The notes beneath the pieces are model-generated. The model saw only the letters and a program-made list of their open reading frames with translations. It was not told where the DNA came from and searched no databases. The position numbers and the translations under genes were made by a program. Shown here one piece after another: positions 56,813-64,000 of a DNA stretch of 64,000 bases; the stretch's first letter is position 1, and each line of letters begins with the position of its first letter. Source of the DNA: an uncultured Collinsella sp. (lineage in GTDB: Bacteria > Actinomycetota > Coriobacteriia > Coriobacteriales > Coriobacteriaceae); assembly GCA_905205145.1 (NCBI GenBank), contig CAJLCM010000001.1:2403-66402 (forward strand), in the 5' to 3' direction.

Positions 56813-56852
56813 TCTTAAAAAAGGGGCCCGGAAGGCAATGCCTTCCGGGCCC
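56813..56852 (-). terminator. Rho-independent terminator of pyk (ggggcccggaaggcaatgccttccgggcccc followed by TTTTTT on the minus strand).
   Basis: Perfect 13-bp GC stem with a T-run in the minus orientation, 30 nt after the pyk stop. Confidence 0.65.
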
Positions 56853-56883
56853 CTTGCAATGCAAATTTGCTTGCAAGTACGAT

Positions 56884-58344
56884 TTAGCGCACCTGAGCGA
56901 CGTAAGCGACGTTGGTCGAGGAGACCTTATCCTCGAGTTGGACGCTCATGCGGGGATCGCCAGCGGTAGCGACGGTCAGATCGCCGGCCTTGACGTAGCC
57001 GAGCTCCTTAGCGGTCTCGATCGCCTTGACGATCGTGCCGTTGACGGTGCCCTGGGTAATCTCGGCCTGGTGCGGGATAACGCCCCAGTACATAATCATC
57101 TGCTGGACGGCCCACTCGTGGCGGGAGAACGCGCAGATCGGCATGTTGGGACGGAAGTGCGAGATCAGGCGAGCGGTACGACCGGTGGTCGTCGGCACGG
57201 TGATGCACTTGGCGCCAACGGTGGTAGCCATGTTCACAGCGGACATACCCACAACGTTGTTGACGACGCGGGTGCCGTGAGCGTCAGCCGGAACCTCGAG
57301 CGGAGCGTGAGCCGGGAGGTACTTCTCAGTCTCGAGAGCAATGCTGGCCTGCATCTTGACGGCCTCGACCGGGTACTTACCGGCAGCGGACTCGCCAGAG
57401 AGCATAACGGCGTCGGTGCCGTCGTAGATGGCGTTAGCAACGTCGGCAACCTCGGCGCGCGTCGGGCGCGGGTTCTGCTGCATGGAGTCGAGCATCTGCG
57501 TAGCGGTGATAACGGGCTTGTAGGCCGCGTTGCACTTGGCGATGATCTCCTTCTGGATGTGCGGAACGAGCTCGGGCTTGATCTCGATGCCCAGGTCGCC
57601 ACGGGCGACCATGATGCCGTCGGAAGCCTCGAGAATCTCGTCGAAGTTCTCGACGCCCAGGGCGCACTCGATCTTCGGGAAGATCGTCACGTGCTCGCCG
57701 CCGTTCTCGCGGCAAAGCTCGCGGATGCCGCGGACGGACTCGCCGTCACGGATGAAGGAAGCGGCGATGTAGTCGATGTTCTCGGTCAGGCCAAAGAGGA
57801 TGTCCTGACGATCGCGCTCGGTGATGGCGGGCAGCGAGATGTTGACGTTGGGCATGTTGACGCCCTTGCGCTCGCCGATCAGGCCGTCGTTCTTAACGAC
57901 GCAGGTCATGTCCTGGCCGCTGACGGACTCGACCTCGAGGGCAACCAGACCGTCATCGATCAGGATAAGGGAGCCCTTCTCGACCTCGGAGGGCAGAGCC
58001 AGGTAGTCGAGGGAGATGTGCTCAGCGGTGCCGTGGAAATCCTCGGACGTGGGCTGAGCGGTGACGACGATCTTATCGCCGGTCTTGACGGCAACCTTCT
58101 TGCCGTCGACCAGAAGGCCGGTGCGGACCTCGGGGCCCTTGGTGTCGAGCAGGATGCCGACGGGCAGACCGAGCTCCTTGGAAATACGACGGACGCGCTC
58201 GATGCGACCGTGGTGCTCGTCGTAGGATCCGTGCGAGAAGTTAAAACGGGCGACGTTCATGCCCGCCTTGATCATCTCGCGGATGGTCTCGTCGCTATCG
58301 CAGGCGGGACCCATGGTGCATACAATCTTGGTGCGCTTGTACAT
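56884..58344 (-). CDS. pyk: Pyruvate kinase.
   Basis: MYKRTKIVCTMGPA.., ..NFSHGS.. and ..MVARGDLGIE.. motifs. The RBS is GGAGG. Confidence 0.9.
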   Translation of the reverse strand: MYKRTKIVCTMGPACDSDETIREMIKAGMNVARFNFSHGSYDEHHGRIERVRRISKELGLPVGILLDTKGPEVRTGLLVDGKKVAVKTGDKIVVTAQPTSEDFHGTAEHISLDYLALPSEVEKGSLILIDDGLVALEVESVSGQDMTCVVKNDGLIGERKGVNMPNVNISLPAITERDRQDILFGLTENIDYIAASFIRDGESVRGIRELCRENGGEHVTIFPKIECALGVENFDEILEASDGIMVARGDLGIEIKPELVPHIQKEIIAKCNAAYKPVITATQMLDSMQQNPRPTRAEVADVANAIYDGTDAVMLSGESAAGKYPVEAVKMQASIALETEKYLPAHAPLEVPADAHGTRVVNNVVGMSAVNMATTVGAKCITVPTTTGRTARLISHFRPNMPICAFSRHEWAVQQMIMYWGVIPHQAEITQGTVNGTIVKAIETAKELGYVKAGDLTVATAGDPRMSVQLEDKVSSTNVAYVAQVR

Positions 58345-58786
58345 TCAGACCTCCATCTGACATCGTCTTGCGCTGATAGATAAACCATAAGAAATAAAAC
58401 TGAGATGATTATAACGAAATGCCGACCGAATACCCCAAAAAATCGACCGTATGCCGAATTAGAAGTTCATTTTTTGCGGTAAAAACGGTATATGCAAAAA
58501 CTTTACCAACCGTTCTAACCGCTGCTATCTGGGCGATATTTCAGTTTGATGATGCACCGAAGAAAAAACGTTTTATCAATGTTGAGCATCACACGGTCTG
58601 CATCGTTGCACTCGAGCCGTGTTTCCAATTGGAATGTTTTGGCTAGACGCGTTGCTTTGGGGTACCATAGCTCCACTATCAACTGCCGCTCAGCACGGCA
58701 GCCTTGATGAGCCCTTGCCCTTCTCCTGGGAATTATGATCGGGCATCAATCTGCTGAGTGGCCCGAATCCCAGGAGGGGACTCTAT

Positions 58787-61468
58787 ATGCAAAAGGAATA
58801 CCTGTCCGCCGCGGCGGAGGTACTCAGCGACCAGGGTGTCGATGAGAACCTCGGCCTGAGCAACGACGAGGCGTCGTCGCGCCTCGCCAAGACAGGCCCT
58901 AACAAGCTCGAGGAAGCCGAGAAGACACCGTTGTGGAAGCGCTTCTTTGAGCAGATGGCCGACCCCATGGTCATCATGCTGATCGTTGCCGCCGTCATCA
59001 GCGCGCTCACGGGCATGGTTAAGGGCGAGGCGGACTTTGCCGATGTCGCCATCATCATGTTCGTCGTTATCGTCAACTCGGTGCTGGGCGTGGTCCAAGA
59101 GGCTAAAAGCGAGGAGGCTCTCGAGGCCCTGCAGGAGATGAGCGCGGCGCAGTCCAAGGTGCTGCGCGACGGCAAGCTCGTGCACCTGCCGAGCGCCGAG
59201 CTCGTGCCCGGCGATGTGATCATGCTCGAGGCGGGCGACTCCGTCCCGGCCGACTGCCGCGTGCTCGAGAGCGCCACGATGAAGATCGAGGAGGCTGCAC
59301 TCACCGGCGAGTCCGTGCCTGTCGAGAAGCATGCCAACGTGATCGAGCTCGCCACCGGCACCGATGACGTGCCGCTCGGCGACCGCAAGAACATGTGCTA
59401 CATGGGTTCCACCGTGGTATACGGCCGCGGCCGCGCCGTCGTGGTCGGCACCGGCATGAACACCGAGATGGGTAAGATCGCCGGCGCCCTGGCCGAGGCT
59501 AAGGAAGAGCTCACGCCGCTGCAGGTGAAGCTTGCCGAGCTCAGCCGCATCCTCACCATCATGGTTATCGTCATCTGCGTCGTCATCTTTGGCGTCGACA
59601 TCATCCGCCACGGCGTGGGCAACGTCCTTACCGACCCGACAGCGCTGCTCGATACCTTTATGGTTGCCGTCTCGCTCGCCGTCGCTGCCATCCCCGAGGG
59701 CCTGGTCGCCGTCGTGACCATCGTGCTGTCGCTTGGCGTGACCAAGATGGCCAAGCGCCAGGCAATCATCCGCAAGCTCTCTGCCGTCGAGACTCTCGGC
59801 TGCACGCAGACCATCTGCTCCGACAAGACCGGTACCCTTACCCAAAACAAGATGACCGTCGTCAAGCACGAGCTCGCTGCGCCTAAGGAGAAGTTCCTGG
59901 CTGGCATGGCTCTGTGCTCCGACGCCCAGTGGGACGAGGAGCTGGGCGAGGCCGTGGGCGAGCCGACTGAGTGTGCGCTCGTCAACGATGCCGGCAAGGC
60001 GGGCCTCACCGGCCTGACTGCCGAGCATCCGCGCGTGGGCGAGGCCCCGTTCGACTCGGGCCGCAAGATGATGTCCGTGGTCGTCGAGACCCTGGACGGC
60101 GAGTATGAGCAGTACACCAAGGGCGCGCCCGACGTGGTGATCGGCCTGTGCACCCATATCTACGAGGGCGACAAGGTTGTCCCCCTGACCGAGGAGCGTC
60201 GCGCCGAGCTCGTGGCCGCCAACAAGGCCATGGCCGACGAGGCCCTGCGCGTGCTGGCGCTGGCGAGCCGCACCTACACCGAGGTCCCGGCCGACTGCAG
60301 CCCCGCCGCGCTCGAGCATGACCTGGTCTTCTGCGGCCTGTCCGGCATGATTGACCCGGTCCGCCCCGAGGTCGCCGACGCCATCCGCGAGGCGCACGAC
60401 GCCGGTATCCGCACCGTCATGATTACGGGCGACCACATCGACACCGCCGTGGCCATCGCCAAGCAGCTGGGCATCGTCACCGATCGCAGCCATGCCATCA
60501 CCGGTGCCGACCTCGATCGCATGAGCGACGAGGAGCTCGACGCGCACATCGAGGACTACGGCGTGTACGCCCGCGTTCAGCCCGAGCATAAGACCCGCAT
60601 CGTCGAGGCTTGGAAGTCGCGCGACCAGATCGTGGCCATGACGGGCGACGGCGTCAACGACGCCCCGTCCATCAAGCGTGCCGACATCGGCGTGGGCATG
60701 GGCATCACCGGTACCGACGTCACCAAGAACGTTGCCGACATGGTGCTCGCCGACGACAACTTCGCCACCATCATCGGTGCCTGCGAAGAGGGGCGCCGCA
60801 TCTACGACAACATCCGCAAGGTCATCCAGTTCCTGCTTTCGGCCAACCTTGCCGAGGTGTTCTCGGTGTTTATCGCCACGCTCATCGGCTTTACCATCTT
60901 TCAGCCGGTGCAGCTGCTGTGGGTGAACCTGGTCACCGACTGCTTCCCCGCGCTCGCGCTGGGCATGGAGGATGCCGAGGGCGACATCATGAAGCGCAAG
61001 CCGCGCAACGCCAAGGACGGCGTCTTTGCCGGACATATGGGTCTGGACTGCGTGGTCCAGGGCCTGATCATCACCGTGCTGGTGCTGGCGAGCTTCTTTG
61101 TGGGCGTGTACTTTGACATGGGCTACATCCACATCGCCGATATGATCGCCGGCAATGCCGACGAGGAAGGCGTGATGATGGCGTTCATCACGCTCAACAT
61201 GGTCGAGATTTTCCACTGCTTCAATATGCGCAGCCGTCGTGCGTCGCTGTTCACCATGAAGAAGCAGAACAAGTGGCTGTGGGCTTCCGCCGCGCTGGCA
61301 CTGGTGCTGACGGTGATCGTGACCGTGCAGCCGACGCTTGCCGAGATGTTCTTTGGTCCTGTGACGCTTGAGCTCAAGGGCGTTCTTGCCGCGCTGGGCC
61401 TGGCCTTCCTGATCATCCCGCTGATGGAGATCTACAAGGCGATCATGCGCGCGGTCGAGAAGGAGTAA
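58787..61468 (+). CDS. P-type ATPase, Ca2+-transporting (PMCA/SERCA-like P2 type).
   Basis: Phosphorylation motif CSDKTGTLTQN, TGES, MTGDGVNDAPS and 10 TM segments. The RBS is AGGAGGGG. Confidence 0.85.
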   Translation: MQKEYLSAAAEVLSDQGVDENLGLSNDEASSRLAKTGPNKLEEAEKTPLWKRFFEQMADPMVIMLIVAAVISALTGMVKGEADFADVAIIMFVVIVNSVLGVVQEAKSEEALEALQEMSAAQSKVLRDGKLVHLPSAELVPGDVIMLEAGDSVPADCRVLESATMKIEEAALTGESVPVEKHANVIELATGTDDVPLGDRKNMCYMGSTVVYGRGRAVVVGTGMNTEMGKIAGALAEAKEELTPLQVKLAELSRILTIMVIVICVVIFGVDIIRHGVGNVLTDPTALLDTFMVAVSLAVAAIPEGLVAVVTIVLSLGVTKMAKRQAIIRKLSAVETLGCTQTICSDKTGTLTQNKMTVVKHELAAPKEKFLAGMALCSDAQWDEELGEAVGEPTECALVNDAGKAGLTGLTAEHPRVGEAPFDSGRKMMSVVVETLDGEYEQYTKGAPDVVIGLCTHIYEGDKVVPLTEERRAELVAANKAMADEALRVLALASRTYTEVPADCSPAALEHDLVFCGLSGMIDPVRPEVADAIREAHDAGIRTVMITGDHIDTAVAIAKQLGIVTDRSHAITGADLDRMSDEELDAHIEDYGVYARVQPEHKTRIVEAWKSRDQIVAMTGDGVNDAPSIKRADIGVGMGITGTDVTKNVADMVLADDNFATIIGACEEGRRIYDNIRKVIQFLLSANLAEVFSVFIATLIGFTIFQPVQLLWVNLVTDCFPALALGMEDAEGDIMKRKPRNAKDGVFAGHMGLDCVVQGLIITVLVLASFFVGVYFDMGYIHIADMIAGNADEEGVMMAFITLNMVEIFHCFNMRSRRASLFTMKKQNKWLWASAALALVLTVIVTVQPTLAEMFFGPVTLELKGVLAALGLAFLIIPLMEIYKAIMRAVEKE

Positions 61469-61694
61469 GTTAACCTGTCCGGGCCCGCCCCTGCGTGTTT
61501 TCTTCTTCGCTGGTCCTCGCGCTTCGCGCTGCGGGATCGCTCAGAAGAAACCCCTCCCGGCGGGCGGGCCTTCGGATGACCTCTCGGGACCGTAAGCTGA
61601 GGAAAAGTTTGTGAGCTGGTCGGGCTTTGCCCGGCCAGCTCTTTTTGATTTAAAATACCTGCTCAGTTGTGATTTTGGGTGCTGGGAGGCGTTT

Positions 61695-62879
61695 GTGGCT
61701 AAGGCTAAGGCTAAGGCGAAGAAAAAGACGACGGGGGCGCGGGCTAAGCGCGATCGTCGTCGGAAACTTGCGACCGAGGCCCCCGCGTCTGCCGAGGAGC
61801 TGTTGGCGAGCGTACCGGGGCTCGATGCGCTGCAGGATGTCCCGGCGTTTGATGACCTGCCGGTCGATGAAGCCCAGCAGACTGCCTTTGATGATTTCTG
61901 CGTACATGCCGAGGAGCCCGAGCAGATGCAGCTGGGTGCCGTTGTTCGCCTGGATCGCGGGTTTCCGCTGGTGGCCACTGCCGACGACACCTTTCGCGCC
62001 GAGCATGCCGTGGGGTTTGCCAAGTCGCGCGGCGAGGACGAGGTCCTGCTGCCTGCCGTGGGCGACCGTGTGGCGGTGCGCCGCGCTCCCGGGCACGATA
62101 TGGGCGTGATTGAGTGCGTGCTGCCGCGCCGTACGAGCTTTGAGCGTTGGCGCGGCCGTGCCCGTGGAGAGCGCCAGGTGCTCTGCTCCAACGTGGATAG
62201 CGTGCTAATCGTGCAGGCGCTCGGTGCCGGTGAGGTGCTGCTCGACCGCGTGGCGCGCTCGCTGGTGTTGGCGCTCGACTGCGATGCCGAGCCGGTGGTG
62301 GTGCTTACCAAAGCTGACCGCTGCGATGCCGAGGAGCTCGAGCGCGATCTGGACCGCGTGCGCCGCCTGGTGGGTCCGGACGTGCGCGTGATCGTGACGT
62401 CCTCTGCCGAGGGCCGCGGCCTGGACGAGGTCCGTGCCTGCGTGCCCGCCGGGAGCTGTGCCATGATTCTGGGCGAGTCGGGTGCCGGTAAGTCGACGCT
62501 GCTCAATGCACTGCTGGGCCACGATACGTTGGCGACCGGCGGTGTGCGCGAACGCGACGACCAGGGCCGTCACACTACCGTTGCGCGCGTGATGGTGGCG
62601 CTGCCGGGCGACGCCGGCGTGATCGCCGATGCCCCGGGCCTGCGCAGCCTACCGCTCGTGGGTCACGAGCGGGGTCTGGCGCGCGCCTTCCCCGAGATTG
62701 TCGAGACATCGCGCGCGTGCCGGTTTGGCGATTGCACACATACCCATGAGCCGGGTTGCGCCGTTCGCGAGGCCGAGGACGCCGGGCAGATTGACAGCCT
62801 GCGTCTGGAAACGTTCCAAAACCTGGCGTCATCCATGCGCGTGAGCGCTCAAATGCTCGATCCCGATGTCCATCTGTAA
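61695..62879 (+). CDS. rsgA: Ribosome small-subunit-dependent GTPase A with a Lys/Ala-rich N-terminal extension.
   Basis: G-motifs in circularly permuted order: VLTKAD (G4), then G1 GESGAGKSTLLNAL. C-terminal zinc finger CRFGDCTHTHEPGC. The GTG start at 61695 follows GGGAGG. Confidence 0.75.
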   Translation: MAKAKAKAKKKTTGARAKRDRRRKLATEAPASAEELLASVPGLDALQDVPAFDDLPVDEAQQTAFDDFCVHAEEPEQMQLGAVVRLDRGFPLVATADDTFRAEHAVGFAKSRGEDEVLLPAVGDRVAVRRAPGHDMGVIECVLPRRTSFERWRGRARGERQVLCSNVDSVLIVQALGAGEVLLDRVARSLVLALDCDAEPVVVLTKADRCDAEELERDLDRVRRLVGPDVRVIVTSSAEGRGLDEVRACVPAGSCAMILGESGAGKSTLLNALLGHDTLATGGVRERDDQGRHTTVARVMVALPGDAGVIADAPGLRSLPLVGHERGLARAFPEIVETSRACRFGDCTHTHEPGCAVREAEDAGQIDSLRLETFQNLASSMRVSAQMLDPDVHL

Positions 62880-63132
62880 TTGATTTTTCCTATGACAGCC
62901 GTCTCCCAACTGTTCGGGAGACGGCTTTTTTTGCTGCGGAAAAGCCTCGAAACATGCAGCTTGCTGACGTGCTGACCAAAACCTTGCCATGAGCTTGACG
63001 GGCTGGTCAGCTTTTGGTCAGCGATTGGTTTGACATCGAAAACCAAGATCACGATTGCGCCGCTTTGCACTCTGACCGCCCAGACAATGGTGGTACGGGC
63101 ATTCGCCCGGCACTGCCATGAGAGGAGCGGCC

Positions 63133-63792
63133 GTGAACAAGAGCAAGCGCATCGCCATCAGTCTGGTCGCGGGCGTGCTCGCTGCTCTGCTCTGCATGGT
63201 TTACGGCTCGTCGATCCGCTCGCAAGCCGAACGGGTCCAGGCTGAGACCTTGGCCAAGTACGGTGGCGATCGCGTCGAGGTATGCGTCGCGGCGCGCGAT
63301 ATCGATGTGGGCGAGACCCTCGATGAGACCAATGTCATAACCCAGGAATGGCTGACGAGCCTGTTGCCGCGTGACGCGGCGACCGAGCTGCGCCAGGTGC
63401 GCGGCGACGTGACGACTTCGCGTATTCCCAAAAACGCCGTGATCTGCAATGTCTACACCAAGGCCGAGAGCCACAAGCTCGAGGTGCCTAAGGGCAAGGT
63501 TGCCGTTTCGGTGGCGGTCGATGCCGAGCACTCGGTCGGCGGTGCTACAGGCGTGGGCAGCTACGTGGATGTGTATGTGCAAAAAGACGGCGTAACCGAT
63601 CGACTGTGCGGCGCGCACGTGATCGATACCAGTGAGGATTCCGGTGCCACGCGCGAGGGCAAGATCGAATGGGTGACGCTGGCGGCTGACCCCGAAGACG
63701 TCAAGGAACTGCTGGGAGCCTCGGGCAAGGGAACGGTCAGCTTGACGATTCCCGCCACGGCGCGCGGCAAAAAGAACGGAGGCGACGAGTGA
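63133..63792 (+). CDS. cpaB: Flp/Tad pilus assembly protein CpaB (RcpC).
   Basis: An N-terminal TM helix, a SAF domain (..VAARDIDVGETLDETNV..) and a C-terminal beta region. The start is GTG 63133, after GAGAGGAGCGG, or ATG 63118. Confidence 0.65.
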   Translation: MNKSKRIAISLVAGVLAALLCMVYGSSIRSQAERVQAETLAKYGGDRVEVCVAARDIDVGETLDETNVITQEWLTSLLPRDAATELRQVRGDVTTSRIPKNAVICNVYTKAESHKLEVPKGKVAVSVAVDAEHSVGGATGVGSYVDVYVQKDGVTDRLCGAHVIDTSEDSGATREGKIEWVTLAADPEDVKELLGASGKGTVSLTIPATARGKKNGGDE

Positions 63793-64000
63793 TGAAGGCG
63801 ATCTGGCTTGCGTGCTGCGCGTGCGGCGATTACGGGCTGTTGCAGCGGGAAGTCGAGGGCCGTGATGCGGGTGCACAGGTGCTTCGCGTGGGTGACCTGG
63901 ACGGGCTGATTTCCATGGCGCGGGCGTTTCCGTCGCGCCGCGGGGCTGCCATCATCGCGGCGTCTCTGTTTGATATCGAAGATGTGCGCAAGACTGTTGC
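63792..64000 (+). CDS. 5' part of a downstream gene (possible Tad-pilus CpaE/TadZ-like protein). Truncated by the window end.
   Basis: ATG overlaps the cpaB stop (tgATGa). The frame is open to the window end (MKAIWLACCACGDYGLL..). Confidence 0.3.
   Translation, partial: MKAIWLACCACGDYGLLQREVEGRDAGAQVLRVGDLDGLISMARAFPSRRGAAIIAASLFDIEDVRKTV

Noticed and set aside
1-64000. CRISPR arrays and rRNA genes.
   Set aside because: No regularly spaced short direct repeats with unique spacers, and no 16S/23S/5S-like conserved blocks, were seen on either strand. The only RNA genes supported are tRNA-Val and the T-box leader.

Overview
The window is a high-GC (~63-65%) Actinomycetota chromosomal segment, probably from Coriobacteriia, with more than 50 protein genes, mostly housekeeping. 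Four features stand out beyond the core genes.

1. Housekeeping genes. Partial rubrerythrin, RmuC, an ABC exporter, nth, mfd, a PAP2 phosphatase, a threonine aldolase, a GNAT acetyltransferase, recQ, ldh, metA, 5-FTHF cyclo-ligase, glmM, an M32 carboxypeptidase, pheS preceded by a T-box leader, pheT, cbiMN-Q-O ECF transporter genes, pyk, a Ca-type P-type ATPase, rsgA, and cpaB plus the start of a Tad-pilus-type gene.

2. An accessory sugar-catabolic locus (13.0-27.8 kb). It has a mannose-family PTS (IIAB, IIC, IID), three paralogous GntR/HutC regulator and SIS-isomerase (FrlB/AgaS-like) pairs, a HAD hydrolase, a YitT-type membrane protein and an EamA transporter, with recQ embedded in it.

3. 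A probable tRNA-associated island (36.8-41.5 kb). It has lower GC, is bounded by an unusual GA/TC low-complexity palindromic spacer on one side and tRNA-Val(GAC) on the other, and has no integrase. It carries an AlbA_2/HATPase_c_4 protein, an orphan hypothetical, an HNH endonuclease with an unassigned N-terminal domain (a candidate modification-dependent restriction enzyme), a small Cys-rich protein and a DUF5710 mobile-element-type protein.

4. Structured repeat families and a recurring motif. There are at least three families of intergenic MITE-like elements. Their long stems differ in sequence between copies but stay complementary, which suggests selection on structure. A ~48-nt motif containing a 10-bp inverted repeat recurs upstream of three unrelated genes.

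Other notable features are a PreP-like M16C metalloprotease split by a single in-frame TAA, a hicAB toxin-antitoxin pair with a palindromic operator, and a zinc-ribbon/LRR/YD-repeat surface protein that ends right at an RHS-like DPxG motif with no toxin tip. No CRISPR array and no rRNA were found.
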